A stretch of 64,000 nt of DNA from Bacteroidia bacterium (lineage in GTDB: Bacteria; Bacteroidota; Bacteroidia; NS11-12g; UBA9320). The notes under the pieces are model-generated. The model was not told where the DNA came from, searched no databases, and worked only from the letters and a program-made list of their open reading frames with translations. The translations under genes were made by a program, and so were the position numbers. Below, piece by piece: positions 11,226-21,956 of the stretch. The stretch spans positions 768,001 through 832,000 of the forward strand of contig CBDCFW010000006.1 of NCBI GenBank assembly GCA_965216465.1, in the 5' to 3' direction. Each line of letters opens with the position of its first letter. The stretch's first letter is position 1.

Positions 11226-11744
11226 ATGTCAAAATCATGGATTAAGGATGTCCCTCATTACTATCTACGCTATATGGATATTGTTCCTGAAGAAAACTTT
11301 CTAGAAGGCTTAAAAAACTCCATGCAAGAATGTCAAGAGCTAATTGGTTCTATCTCGGATAACCTGGGTAATTATGCTTATGAAACAGGGAAGTGGACGA
11401 TAAAAGAAGTGCTTCAACACATTTGTGACGCCGAGCGAATCTTTCAATATAGGGCACTTTGTATTTCAAGGGGTGAAAAACGCAAATTGAATGGCTTTGA
11501 TCAAGACGATTATGTTGCGAATTGTGCGGTAGACGATAGAAGTCTTTCTTCCATTTTAGATGATTATATGACCGTTCGCCTGTCAACCATTTCACTCTTC
11601 AAATCATTAAACGAAGAGCAACTTAAGTTAAAAGGAAATGCAAGTGGGTTTGATTCGCAACCTGTTTTTTATGGGTATTTAATTTCGGGTCATTTAAGGC
11701 ATCACCTTAATGTAATAAAAGAGCGCTATCTGGTAAATGACTAA
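11226..11744 (+). CDS. DinB family protein
   Basis: KWTIKEVLQHICDAERIF and GHLRHH metal-binding His pattern. Confidence 0.85.
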   Translation: MSKSWIKDVPHYYLRYMDIVPEENFLEGLKNSMQECQELIGSISDNLGNYAYETGKWTIKEVLQHICDAERIFQYRALCISRGEKRKLNGFDQDDYVANCAVDDRSLSSILDDYMTVRLSTISLFKSLNEEQLKLKGNASGFDSQPVFYGYLISGHLRHHLNVIKERYLVND

Positions 11745-12052
11745 GGAGCCCAAAATTTCCTTATATCGTCTACACCTAAATCTTTTCTTAGGTTTTTGTA
11801 TTCTTCAAACACGTCTGTAAAGCATTGATTTAAAAGTGTATCAGGAAGAAGATGGCTTATCAATACATATCTCTTAGTCAATATTTCTTCCATGTTTTCC
11901 GCGAAATAAGATTGCCAATAGGCATAAGTTCTTTCTTCTATTTCTGCGTTTCCAACACCCAAAAGGTTCAATTCGGAAATCGCTCTTTCCCGTTCCGTTG
12001 AATTCGTAGACGGAGATTCAATAAACGCAATTAGTTTATCGATGGCATCCAT
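11741..12052 (-). CDS. Hypothetical protein, last gene of the nbaC-ACMSD unit
   Basis: 103-aa ORF starting 1 nt after the ACMSD stop; 4-nt convergent overlap with DinB. Confidence 0.6.
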   Translation of the reverse strand: MDAIDKLIAFIESPSTNSTERERAISELNLLGVGNAEIEERTYAYWQSYFAENMEEILTKRYVLISHLLPDTLLNQCFTDVFEEYKNLRKDLGVDDIRKFWAP

Positions 12053-12053
12053 A

Positions 12054-13058
12054 TCACGACAAGAAATCCATCAAGTTTTGACTCAGCAATCTAGCTTTCA
12101 CATCATCAGAAAGGTCGTTCATTTCTTCAATGAATTTTCCATGTTCAAGATCACCTAAAGGGAATGGGTAGTCTGTTCCATAAGCAATTTTGTTGTCTCC
12201 TATCACTTGAATCAAATAGCGGAGAGCATCTTGATCGTGTGTAATTCCATCAACCCAAAACTTGCCTTTATACTCATAGGGGTCTTTCACATTATTCAAA
12301 TTAACCAAGTCGGGTCTGCAATGCCATCCGTGGCTAATTCTTCCTAAAGTATGAGCAAATGATCCACCACCATGAGCAAACATCACTTTTAGTTTAGGGT
12401 ATTTATCGAAAACTCCTCCAAACATCATCGAGCAGATAGCTCTTGAAGTTTCAGCAGGCATGCCTACCAACCATGGAAGCCAATACTTCTCCATTTCTTT
12501 TTGCCCCATCATTTCCCAAGGATGAACAAAAATGCTCATGTTCAAGTCTTGAGCCGCCGCCCAGAAGGGATAGAAATCAGGGTGGTCTAAGTTTTTATCG
12601 AGGATGTGTGATGCAATCTCAAGTCCAGGCATACCTAACGCCTTGCAACGTTCCATTTCTTTAATTGCCAAGTTAATATCTTGCATTGGCACAGTGCCCA
12701 ATGAGATAAATCGATCAGGGAAACGGTCTTGAACCGATGCTAAATGGTCATTTACAAACTGACTCCATTCGTAACCGTGTTTTGGTTTTGCCCAGTAATA
12801 GAAAAGCACGGGAATTGTGCAAAGCACCATTTTTTCAACGTTGTAATCGTCCATTTCTGGAATGATGGCCGTTTCGTCATAGCAATTGCGTTCAACACGT
12901 CTAAAAAAAACACCGTCGTCTCGCATCATCCGTTTTGCTCCAGTTCCTGGTTCATCTTCTAAATATATGAATCCACCGTAGCCAAATTTTTTGTCTAAAC
13001 GGTCCCAAGTTGGAGGCATGATATGTGCATGCGAGTCAATTTTCGTGATTTTTGTCAT
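12054..13058 (-). CDS. 2-amino-3-carboxymuconate-6-semialdehyde decarboxylase (ACMSD, amidohydrolase)
   Basis: IDSHAHIMP, FVHPWEMMG, PWLVGMPAET, AHGGG, GTDYPFPLG; adjacent to nbaC. Confidence 0.9.
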   Translation of the reverse strand: MTKITKIDSHAHIMPPTWDRLDKKFGYGGFIYLEDEPGTGAKRMMRDDGVFFRRVERNCYDETAIIPEMDDYNVEKMVLCTIPVLFYYWAKPKHGYEWSQFVNDHLASVQDRFPDRFISLGTVPMQDINLAIKEMERCKALGMPGLEIASHILDKNLDHPDFYPFWAAAQDLNMSIFVHPWEMMGQKEMEKYWLPWLVGMPAETSRAICSMMFGGVFDKYPKLKVMFAHGGGSFAHTLGRISHGWHCRPDLVNLNNVKDPYEYKGKFWVDGITHDQDALRYLIQVIGDNKIAYGTDYPFPLGDLEHGKFIEEMNDLSDDVKARLLSQNLMDFLS

Positions 13059-13158
13059 TGGTTTCCTGTTGGTTGCGAATGTAGGAATTCTACCGAATTC
13101 GTGGTCAATTTAATTGGGCAAAAAAAGAAGGTGCTATCAAAGCACAAAGTCAATCGAT

Positions 13159-13686
13159 TTACACAAATCGAGGATCAGTTTCCATCACAGTTCCGCATTG
13201 GTCACAGGTTCTTAGTTCTTCTGAACCATAAAACTCCTTAAAACGAGGCAAGAAGTCTTTTTCGATATCGGTAAGCGGGAATTTGTATTCGTGCAGTTTG
13301 TTGTTGCAGTTATCACAGAACCACATTAAACCATCTTGTTCGTTGTTTGTTCGTTTGCATTCAACCACTAACCCAATGCTTCCTTCGCTTCGCATTGGGG
13401 AGTGCGGAACCAGTGCTGGAAGCAAGAACATTTCACCTTCTCTGATTGGAATATCAACTGCTTTTCCGTCTTCTTGAATTCTAACGTTAATATCGCCTTC
13501 AATTTGATAGAATAACTCTTCGGTTTCGTTGAAGTGGTAGTCTTTTCTTGCATTAGGGCCAGCCACCATCATTACGATGTAGTCTCCAGATTCTTTGTAT
13601 AAGTTTCTGTTTCCTACCGGAGGCTTCAATTCAGCTCTGTTATCGTCTATCCATTTCTGAAGGTTAAAAGGTTTTCTTACTGGCAT
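13159..13686 (-). CDS. nbaC: 3-hydroxyanthranilate 3,4-dioxygenase
   Basis: LKPPVGN, GPNARKDYH, EELFYQ, PHSP, CDNC and CDQC rubredoxin-type Fe site. Confidence 0.95.
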   Translation of the reverse strand: MPVRKPFNLQKWIDDNRAELKPPVGNRNLYKESGDYIVMMVAGPNARKDYHFNETEELFYQIEGDINVRIQEDGKAVDIPIREGEMFLLPALVPHSPMRSEGSIGLVVECKRTNNEQDGLMWFCDNCNNKLHEYKFPLTDIEKDFLPRFKEFYGSEELRTCDQCGTVMETDPRFV

Positions 13687-13818
13687 TTTGATTCTTTTGT
13701 TCGACGACGAAATTAATCATTCTTTCCAACTTATCCATCCAAACAAATGGCAAATTAGGCGTGGGTAATGTAAAAAGTGTCGATGGTTTATTGTACGTTT
13801 GTTGCTTAATATCAAATT

Positions 13819-14046
13819 ATGTATTCTTCAATATTATTATTCGGATTAGGTGCACCAGAAATTGTAGTGATTGTGTTGGTAGTGTTGTTGCTTTTTGGTG
13901 GAAGAAAAATTCCTGAATTAATGAAAGGTTTGGGTTCTGGAATCAGAGAGTTTAACAAAGCTAAAAACGAAGTTTCTGACCAGATTAAAGAGGGCATGAG
14001 AGAAGAACAAAAACCAACAAATTCTGAAGATAAAAAGGCTGAATGA
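13819..14046 (+). CDS. tatA: Twin-arginine translocase TatA/E subunit
   Basis: [22 protein letters not shown]. Confidence 0.93.
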   Translation: MYSSILLFGLGAPEIVVIVLVVLLLFGGRKIPELMKGLGSGIREFNKAKNEVSDQIKEGMREEQKPTNSEDKKAE

Positions 14047-15464
14047 TTTCTAAAAGATACGAGTCATTATCTCAAATCCAGTCGGATATTGCCGGAGGTA
14101 AGACTTCTTGTATACAATTAGCCCAGTACTATCTCGATCAAAATAAAAAGTACAAGCACCTCAATGCTGTTTTAGAAGTTTTTGAGGATGAGGTACTTGA
14201 AAAAGCTAAGCTTGTAGATGCCAAAATAAAAGAAGGCACAGCAGGCAAGCTAGCAGGAATGTTTTTGGCAATCAAAGACAATATTTGCTACACCGGACAT
14301 AAAGTATCGGGCTCATCAAAAATCATCGAAAACTACGAGGCTGTATACACATCTACTGCCTTGCAACGTTTATTGGATGAAGATGTAATTGTGATCGGAA
14401 GATGCAATTGCGATGAGTTTGCTATGGGAGCAAGTAATGAGAATTCAGCTTATGGTGTGGTGAGAAATGCTGCAGACGAAACTAAGGTTCCAGGTGGATC
14501 TTCAGGAGGAAGTGCAGTTGCAGTTCAAGCCGATTTGTGTTTAGCCGCTCTTGGATCAGATACCGGAGGATCAATTCGTCAGCCGGCATCGTTTACAGGA
14601 ACGATTGGTTTAAAACCAACATATGGAAGGGTATCAAGATGGGGTCTATTGGCTTATGCATCGAGCTTTGATCAAATTGGTCCAATTACAGCAAGTGCCA
14701 GCGATTCAGCTGCAATTCTTGAAGTGATGGCAGGTGTAGATGAAAACGACGCAACTTCTTCGCGTGCTGATGTTGCAGAATTTGAAGCTGATACAAATGC
14801 CAAATATAAAATTGCTTATTCAAAAGAAGCGATGGAAAGTGAAGGTCTTGATCCTGCCGTTAAAAAAGCGTTTCAAAACCTGATTGAAAACTTGCGTAAC
14901 GATGGGCACACGGTCGAGGAGCAATCGTTTCCTTATTTGGATTACATGGTTCCTTGCTATTATGTACTTACAACAGCAGAAGCTTCATCTAATCTTTCGC
15001 GCTACAGCGGAATTTTATATGGCGAAAGAAGTGAACAATCGCACGATATCGAATCGACGTTTAAAAAATCGCGAACCGAAGGTTTTGGGGAAGAAGTAAA
15101 ACGTAGAATTATGACCGGTACTTTTGTGTTAAGTGCTGATTTTTACGAAGCGTACTACTCAAAAGCACAAAAAGTTCGAAGAGTGATTCAGGATGAAAGT
15201 CGCGAAATCATGAAAAACTATGATTTCTTCCTTTGTCCAACTACACCTACTACGGCATTCGAAATTGGAGGTGAAAAATCAAAGGATCCAATACAAATGT
15301 ACTTGGCCGATATTTTCACCGTACAAGCGGCCCTTGCAGGAATGCCAGCTATATCGGTTCCCGTCGACGAATCAAATGGATTGTCTATAGGAATGCAGTT
15401 TATGGCAAATGAATTTGAAGAAACAAAATTGTTTAACATTACAGAAATAATTAATCGATACTAG
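14043..15464 (+). CDS. gatA: Asp/Glu-tRNA amidotransferase subunit A
   Basis: [26 protein letters not shown] amidase signature, EVKRRI. Confidence 0.95.
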   Translation: MISKRYESLSQIQSDIAGGKTSCIQLAQYYLDQNKKYKHLNAVLEVFEDEVLEKAKLVDAKIKEGTAGKLAGMFLAIKDNICYTGHKVSGSSKIIENYEAVYTSTALQRLLDEDVIVIGRCNCDEFAMGASNENSAYGVVRNAADETKVPGGSSGGSAVAVQADLCLAALGSDTGGSIRQPASFTGTIGLKPTYGRVSRWGLLAYASSFDQIGPITASASDSAAILEVMAGVDENDATSSRADVAEFEADTNAKYKIAYSKEAMESEGLDPAVKKAFQNLIENLRNDGHTVEEQSFPYLDYMVPCYYVLTTAEASSNLSRYSGILYGERSEQSHDIESTFKKSRTEGFGEEVKRRIMTGTFVLSADFYEAYYSKAQKVRRVIQDESREIMKNYDFFLCPTTPTTAFEIGGEKSKDPIQMYLADIFTVQAALAGMPAISVPVDESNGLSIGMQFMANEFEETKLFNITEIINRY

Positions 15465-15472
15465 GATTTAAG

Positions 15473-16693
15473 ATGAAAAAAGGATTTAGAAGAGTCACAG
15501 GAATACTATTGATTGCTTTTGCATTTGCTGCAAATGCTCAAGTCTCTGGTCCTTTAATCAGTCATCGTCTAGATTCTATTCAAGATCAAGTTGAATTAGA
15601 CTACAACGGAGAAGTACGTTCTTTGGTTTTAGATTATATCCGCAATACAGGCAATTCAACAACAAAGACACTCGAAAATTTTTATGCTGTAGATGCAGAA
15701 CTCAAGAAAATTTTTGCAAGCTACGACGTTCCGGAAGAACTAAGATATATGTGCATATCACTATCTGGGTGTAATAACTTCTTGAAAGATGAAGATGGAA
15801 AGTCAGGTTACTTTAAGATGCGATACAACGTGGCTAAAAGAAGAGGGCTACGTATTTCCAATTACATCGACGAACGAAGAGATATTCTGAAATCAGCACA
15901 CGCATTTTGCCAAGAAATTTCTGCCATAGAAAAGAGCAACAACGACTGGAAGAAGTCAATTACCCAATACTCTTCTGGCAGCCTTGAATGGGCAAAAGCT
16001 GCTTCTCTAGCAGAAGATTCAACCGGAAATTATTGGACTATCGCCCGACAGCTTCCTCACTCGTACAAACTGGAGTATCCCAAATATGTTGCAGCAGCAT
16101 ACATTGCAAACTATTACCAACGGCATGGAATGAGCTTAAAAGTTCAACCTATAGATACTGCTAGTGTTCAAATTGTAAAGCTTACCACCTTGTATCAATT
16201 GTCTAGCAAGTTAGATGCAGACTACGAGTTGCTGAAGAAGCTAAATCCGATTTACAAGAAAGAAATTATCCCAAACTCAGGGAAGAAATACTATGTGGTT
16301 TTGCCTAAAGATAAGGTGCAAACCTTTATCGACCTAAGTGATGAGGTTTACAATTATGCTAAGGTAGACCACTATACAAACACCGAGGTTAAAGTCGTTG
16401 ATAGTCAGCAGAAAGACACGGAAGTTGTAAAGGAAATTCCAGAGCCAAAACCGGTAGAGAATCAGTGGGTGACTATTACATATACCGTTCGATCTGGAGA
16501 TATGTTAATCTTAATAGCTGATTATTACGATTGTTGGGTATCGGATGTTAAACGTTGGAATAACCTTACACGTGATCGAATCAATGTAAACCAGCGATTA
16601 AAGATTCAAGTTCCTGCTCATAAATTGGAATACTACAAAAAAATTAATGGCATGACCTCTGCACAGAAAAAGCGGATCGCAGCCAAAGATTAA
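15473..16693 (+). CDS. MltD-like SLT + LysM protein with degenerate catalytic motifs
   Basis: VPEELRY, IDERRD, LKKLNP, C-terminal LysM (YTVRSGD...WN); position after tatA-gatA. Confidence 0.75.
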   Translation: MKKGFRRVTGILLIAFAFAANAQVSGPLISHRLDSIQDQVELDYNGEVRSLVLDYIRNTGNSTTKTLENFYAVDAELKKIFASYDVPEELRYMCISLSGCNNFLKDEDGKSGYFKMRYNVAKRRGLRISNYIDERRDILKSAHAFCQEISAIEKSNNDWKKSITQYSSGSLEWAKAASLAEDSTGNYWTIARQLPHSYKLEYPKYVAAAYIANYYQRHGMSLKVQPIDTASVQIVKLTTLYQLSSKLDADYELLKKLNPIYKKEIIPNSGKKYYVVLPKDKVQTFIDLSDEVYNYAKVDHYTNTEVKVVDSQQKDTEVVKEIPEPKPVENQWVTITYTVRSGDMLILIADYYDCWVSDVKRWNNLTRDRINVNQRLKIQVPAHKLEYYKKINGMTSAQKKRIAAKD

Positions 16694-16703
16694 TTGTTGA
16701 GTT

Positions 16704-18302
16704 TTGAAACTCGATAGAACTAAATATCTAAAAAGCCGAAGCTTAAAACCAAGTTCTCTGCTTTGGGCACTAGTTGCCGTCAATATTCTTCTTGGTATCA
16801 TTGTTTGGGCATTTCCAGAAGATGGCATTTCGCTTGGGCAATCTGGCAATCTGAAGTTTGTTTCTTACAAAGAACTAATGGGTGTTGATTCCACTTTGGA
16901 AGCAGTTAATATTGATGATGTTTTAGCAAATGTTGAACCTTTAGAAGAAGCTGAGGAAGATACAGTTGAACTACCCCCTGATAGTTTAATTACCAAGATC
17001 GATACAGAAATAAAGTCTTCGGTTAATTACGATACCGTCTCAATGAAGCTGGTAACACCCGAGCACAGAAGTATTCAACTTCCTCCCAATAATCCAGAGG
17101 TCTTGGATATGTTGGTCAAAGCTCTTCTTAAAGAGAGTAAAACAAAAGTGGTGCGTATTGTGCATTACGGAGACTCTCAACTTGAAGGAGATAGAATTTC
17201 AGACTACCTCAGAAATCGATTGCAGTTGTTGTTTGGCGGGCAAGGTCCTGGCATATTATTACCAAACGAACCTACCGCAGGATCCAGAAGATCAGCTTAC
17301 GTTTCGCAAAGCGAGAACCTAAAGAAAAAGGCGATTTATATAAGCAACCAAAAGCCTCCAGAGAATCGATATGGAATAGGAGGTGCGACCTTCATTTTTA
17401 ATGGAAATACAAGTCAATTTGTGGGGTGGGATACCCTAAGAACAAAAAAGATGAGAAAAGACTCGTCTATTGAGTTAGTGGTATCTACAGAGCCCAAATT
17501 TGATGAATCTGTTCAAACAAAATCGTATATCAAGATAAAAAATGGTTCGAGTGGTTATCGATTAGCGCGGCAGTATTCTTCCATCAAACTGCTTTACAGA
17601 AGTGAGAGTCCATTTCTGCTTGGCTTTAGCAGTGATACTTTTCAATCTGAACATTTTGTTTCGGCGACCCAAAGTTTGGGAATTAAGTCTTGGTATCGAC
17701 CGACCTATAAATCGCTTCGCCTTGAGGTAAAAAAGGGAGGTTTCCCAGAAATATATGGGCTAGCTTTGGACGGAACATCTGGCGTTGCAGTCGATAATTT
17801 TCCAATGCGCGGTAGTTCCGCTATTGGCTTTAGTGGCATGGATCGCAGTTTGTATGGTGAGCAATTGAGATCGATGAATGTGCGATGCATTATTTTACAG
17901 TACGGTATAAACGTTGTACCGATGGTCAGATCAGATTACTCATACTACAAGAGCAGTTTAATCCGTCAGCTTAAGAGCATAAAGGCAGCCTATCCTGGAG
18001 TTAGTATTATAGTGGTTGGTCCTTCTGATATGAGTAAGAATAAAGGAGGCAATATGGTCTCTTATGAGAATATTCCATTAATCAGAGATGCAATGAAAGG
18101 AGCTGCTTTTGAAACCGGGTGTGCTTTTTGGGACTTATATGAAGCAATGGGAGGTCAAAACTCGATGGTTTCGTGGGTTAATAATGGATTAGCACAAAAA
18201 GACTATACTCACTTCAGTTTTAGGGGAGCAAAGTACGTTGGAGAAATGCTGTTTGAGGCAATCCTAGAACAAATTCAGAATGAGCAAGCTGTTCTTAACT
18301 AA
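16704..18302 (+). CDS. SGNH/GDSL hydrolase-family protein (possible envelope O-acetyl esterase/transferase)
   Basis: HYGDSQ block I, RGSS block II, QYGIN block III, DYTH block V; N-terminal TM anchor. Confidence 0.75.
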   Translation: MKLDRTKYLKSRSLKPSSLLWALVAVNILLGIIVWAFPEDGISLGQSGNLKFVSYKELMGVDSTLEAVNIDDVLANVEPLEEAEEDTVELPPDSLITKIDTEIKSSVNYDTVSMKLVTPEHRSIQLPPNNPEVLDMLVKALLKESKTKVVRIVHYGDSQLEGDRISDYLRNRLQLLFGGQGPGILLPNEPTAGSRRSAYVSQSENLKKKAIYISNQKPPENRYGIGGATFIFNGNTSQFVGWDTLRTKKMRKDSSIELVVSTEPKFDESVQTKSYIKIKNGSSGYRLARQYSSIKLLYRSESPFLLGFSSDTFQSEHFVSATQSLGIKSWYRPTYKSLRLEVKKGGFPEIYGLALDGTSGVAVDNFPMRGSSAIGFSGMDRSLYGEQLRSMNVRCIILQYGINVVPMVRSDYSYYKSSLIRQLKSIKAAYPGVSIIVVGPSDMSKNKGGNMVSYENIPLIRDAMKGAAFETGCAFWDLYEAMGGQNSMVSWVNNGLAQKDYTHFSFRGAKYVGEMLFEAILEQIQNEQAVLN

Positions 18303-18717
18303 CAGGATTTAGTTGAATGCTATACTCGTAGTCTTCCTTATCTTTTTCGTGTAGAAATTTAGCCTCAGCTTCTGCTTCGCTGGTAGCTGAAAAATACGAT
18401 TGATGTCTCTCTTCGTCACCAGCTTTATTCCATGTAATGGTATATGAGTTTTCTATGGAGTTACTTTTCGACTCAATGTAGTCGAGCATCTTTTGTAAAC
18501 AATCTAACGAACTACTTCCATAAACGGTATGAAATAACATGTATTCATTGTGCTTTTCATTATAGGTTAAAACATTCAGTTTGATGGTTTCTGATGAAGA
18601 CATCAAATTAACATGATAATCAAAGTGGCTAGATACACCGTTGTCAGAATGAAGTATTTTAAAAATGGCATGTTGCATTTTTAATTGTTCCAGTTTTTTA
18701 TCGAAAGACTTCGTCAT
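18295..18717 (-). CDS. Hypothetical protein
   Basis: 140-aa ORF with natural composition, divergent from tadA. Confidence 0.6.
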   Translation of the reverse strand: MTKSFDKKLEQLKMQHAIFKILHSDNGVSSHFDYHVNLMSSSETIKLNVLTYNEKHNEYMLFHTVYGSSSLDCLQKMLDYIESKSNSIENSYTITWNKAGDEERHQSYFSATSEAEAEAKFLHEKDKEDYEYSIQLNPVS

Positions 18718-18753
18718 TGATTTACTTTTGAACCGGTAAAATTACACCATTGA

Positions 18754-19185
18754 ATGGAATTGACACCTGAATATTTCATGAAACAAGCTATTAAATTAGC
18801 TGAAAATGCTTTTGCAGAAGATGAAGTACCCATTGGAGCTGTTATTGTAGCTAACAATCAGATTATAGGAAAAGGGTACAATCAGGTCGAGAAGTTAAAT
18901 GACCCAACAGCTCATGCAGAGATGTTAGCGATTACAGCTGCATCATCATACCTGGCTTCAAAATATTTAGATGATTGCAGCATTTATGTTACGATAGAAC
19001 CATGCGTGATGTGTTACGGTGCGATTAAAAATTCAAGAATAAAGAATGTGTACATCGGTGCCATGGAACCAAAGCACGGTTTCACCAATTTTGTTCAAAA
19101 CACGCAGAAGTTGAATGTAGAGGGGGGTATTTTGGAAGAGGAGAGTAGGCATTTAATGCAAACATTCTTTGGTAAAAAGAGATAA
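18754..19185 (+). CDS. tadA: tRNA adenosine deaminase
   Basis: EVPIGAV, HAEM, EPCVMC zinc motif. Confidence 0.9.
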   Translation: MELTPEYFMKQAIKLAENAFAEDEVPIGAVIVANNQIIGKGYNQVEKLNDPTAHAEMLAITAASSYLASKYLDDCSIYVTIEPCVMCYGAIKNSRIKNVYIGAMEPKHGFTNFVQNTQKLNVEGGILEEESRHLMQTFFGKKR

Positions 19186-19261
19186 TCGTCTATTTTCGTC
19201 GAAACCTTATTCACTAACTAGAGACGATAAAACGTTAATTTATAAATAGTTAGTAATAGTA

Positions 19262-19426
19262 ATGGAAAAAGAATACCAAACTCGAGCAGCCGTATCTCTG
19301 CCGTTTTCAATTGAAATTTTAGGAACAAACGGAAGCACCACTATTGTAGGTGATCAAGTTGTAGTAATGGCCAAGCTGACCACTTCGGAAGGACGTGTGA
19401 TTTGGGCTACAATGCACAATAACTAG
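19262..19426 (+). CDS. Small 54-aa hypothetical protein not in the ORF track
   Basis: Hand-translated MEKEYQTRAAVSLPFSIEILGTNGSTTIVGDQVVVMAKLTTSEGRVIWATMHNN*; AT-rich upstream; CTAG overlap of stop codons with the convergent gene. Confidence 0.45.
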   Translation: MEKEYQTRAAVSLPFSIEILGTNGSTTIVGDQVVVMAKLTTSEGRVIWATMHNN

Positions 19427-21933
19427 AACCTAAAAAGAGCAGTACCTTTAATTCCAAATGCACGGGTATTTGGATCATCGGTATCTAAGTAAGTAAGCCG
19501 ATGGATAAAATCGATTCGGATAAATCGTAAAATGTTTTCAATTCCGTATCCCACTTCAATATAAGGCTTTGAACCAACAAAGAAATTAGGTGATGTGATG
19601 CCTGTGCTATCGTGAGGTATCAAGGCCTGATTCTGAGTACTCATAGAACCATACACCGCTTTCGTGTTTACAAAGCTTCTTAATTTAAGTTGCTTAGCCA
19701 GTGGTACTCTGTTCATAATCAATCCATTAAACTGATGTTCGTAATCTACAGACACGTATTGATCGGTTGCAAATTCGAAGTAATTCATCAGATTATATGA
19801 GATTTTATTGCTGAAGAACGATTGATTTCCACGCATAATAAAAAGACTAGGATAAGGAGCCTCTCCAAATGTTTTATATGCCTTTACGGTGTATTCGAAT
19901 GTTCCGATGTTGCCCAGACTATTAAACTGCCATACTTCCACACCGAGTTTATGAAAATCAAAGTCTCCACCCATGATACCTTTAAAACTTTTGGTGTAAT
20001 CAACAGAAAGTACTGGTGCCTTTAAATTTCCTAGACTATATCGCATGTTGCGACGGTAAATAAATTGCTCTTTGTGGGAGAGTCGTCCGCGGAGGTTTAT
20101 TGATGCGATAGTGTAATCTGAGTTTATTGAGTTTGCCGGGTCATCTGTATTCAAATAGCCAAATCTGAATTCACCTACATCTTCAAAAATGAAATCTTTG
20201 TGGGTTATACTGATGTTCTGAGTATAGCCTTTAGCTAGCTCTTTTTCGTACCACAATCTCTTGATAAAACTTCTGTTGATTTGATCGGTTCCAAGCATAG
20301 CAAATGCTTCAAATATTGCGGTTGTACCCACATCTTCATCGGTTAAGCCTATAAGCTCAACATCCTTTTTTACAAAGCCCCCAATTTTTGCCCACTTCTT
20401 GCGATTAAGAACATGGTCTACGAAAACACCATATTTAAATTGCTCGTCTTTAAAGCCATATGCACCGTACGTCCTAAATTGAAAATCCTCATGAAATTCA
20501 GGACTCGTTCGAAACCCAATTCGCGACCGAACTCCTTCAATGTTGTTATAGCCCAATAAGTGGTAATAGGGACCAAGCTCAATCTTACCTGCGGGAATAT
20601 GTCCTTCTACTATAACCTCTACAACATCGATGTAGGTTTTTATAAGCGGTTGATTTTTAAGCGAGTCAACCATATTGTATATCCGCTTATCTTCCTCTGT
20701 GATTTGCTCATGGCGTGCTGTATCCCAATACTGATCCGACTTTTTGAATGATTGATCTTCTACTTCAATCTTCTCTTCGTAAAAAGCTAAATCGTGAACT
20801 TTATTTACCTTAATATTCTTGGCAGAATTGTAGTAAAGACCGATTAGGCCAACAGTGTTGCCTGTTAACTCTGCAATGTCTATCAATACTCTCGTTTTAC
20901 TAGGTAGCCAATAGGTAGGCTCGACCTCCATGAACTCTTGTTGGATTTTAAGTTTTTCAACAAAGTTGAGGTTGGCTTCTTTGGTGATTTCTAAACTCAA
21001 ACGTTTTACGGCATACGATTCGGCAGATATCCATAGTTGCCCTCTAAAAACCAGGTCCTTTGGATTTTTAGGGTCCACTTGTATTTGATAACACGGCTTA
21101 CCATCGATTAGCAAACTGTCTCTTAGCGAAAAGAAGTAATATGCATTGGCCTGAGACGACAGAGGCGAGATGAAGTCTTTATCAAGAATATAGAGGTTGT
21201 TTTCGTAGAAATTATATTGTTGAAATGTGGAACCTAAAACCTGTGAAACATAGCTTTCGTCACCAACACCAACTCCTTGTAATTTAGTCGCTCTAATAAC
21301 CTCTTTGGTTCTTCGTGGAAATTTGCGGAAGTAATAATCACTAATGGTTTCAGACACAAAAACCGGGAGCACTTTTTGAGAATTGGTATCGCTAAAAGCA
21401 GAAACGGTATCGAAAAGAGGTTCCATCGCTCCGAATATTTTTCGTTTCTTGAACTTATCAGTAACATTGTCTACGGCAAGCTGAACCTTATTGTAGCCTT
21501 CATATTCGTAGTACTCAATTTTTTCAGGGTTGTATTGTTTTTTTTGTTTTTGAGCACGCCGCATTATGATCTCCGCGTGGTTTATTCCTCCAGGGCGAAC
21601 TACAAACTCCTCCAACGAGCTGGCCGATTCGTAAAGAACGAAGTCTATTTGTTGCTCTTTTTCATCCGTCACGGGCATTGTAACAGAAGTATAGCCCATG
21701 TAAATGGCAACAATGCTATCTACTTTGAGATTCGTTTCAATACTATAATAGCCATCAAAGTCTGATACAGCACCAAGTTTAACATTGGCTCCTCGAATGG
21801 TTACGTATGGAAGAGGATCTCCAGAGACACCATCGGTCACTCTTCCAGAAATTTGAATCTGGCAATAAGTAGTATGCTGGATTAACAATCCAAATAAGAT
21901 GTAGAGTAGCCTTTTCACTATTTGTGTAGGCAA
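19423..21933 (-). CDS. DUF5686 outer-membrane protein with N-terminal carboxypeptidase-regulatory-like domain
   Basis: ISGRVTD...PLPYVTI...SDFDGYYSI, LPVFVSETIS, FISPLS, PYIEVGYGIENI, C-terminal Phe. Confidence 0.82.
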   Translation of the reverse strand: MPTQIVKRLLYILFGLLIQHTTYCQIQISGRVTDGVSGDPLPYVTIRGANVKLGAVSDFDGYYSIETNLKVDSIVAIYMGYTSVTMPVTDEKEQQIDFVLYESASSLEEFVVRPGGINHAEIIMRRAQKQKKQYNPEKIEYYEYEGYNKVQLAVDNVTDKFKKRKIFGAMEPLFDTVSAFSDTNSQKVLPVFVSETISDYYFRKFPRRTKEVIRATKLQGVGVGDESYVSQVLGSTFQQYNFYENNLYILDKDFISPLSSQANAYYFFSLRDSLLIDGKPCYQIQVDPKNPKDLVFRGQLWISAESYAVKRLSLEITKEANLNFVEKLKIQQEFMEVEPTYWLPSKTRVLIDIAELTGNTVGLIGLYYNSAKNIKVNKVHDLAFYEEKIEVEDQSFKKSDQYWDTARHEQITEEDKRIYNMVDSLKNQPLIKTYIDVVEVIVEGHIPAGKIELGPYYHLLGYNNIEGVRSRIGFRTSPEFHEDFQFRTYGAYGFKDEQFKYGVFVDHVLNRKKWAKIGGFVKKDVELIGLTDEDVGTTAIFEAFAMLGTDQINRSFIKRLWYEKELAKGYTQNISITHKDFIFEDVGEFRFGYLNTDDPANSINSDYTIASINLRGRLSHKEQFIYRRNMRYSLGNLKAPVLSVDYTKSFKGIMGGDFDFHKLGVEVWQFNSLGNIGTFEYTVKAYKTFGEAPYPSLFIMRGNQSFFSNKISYNLMNYFEFATDQYVSVDYEHQFNGLIMNRVPLAKQLKLRSFVNTKAVYGSMSTQNQALIPHDSTGITSPNFFVGSKPYIEVGYGIENILRFIRIDFIHRLTYLDTDDPNTRAFGIKGTALFRF

Positions 21934-21956
21934 TAATAACTAATTATGATGTTATG

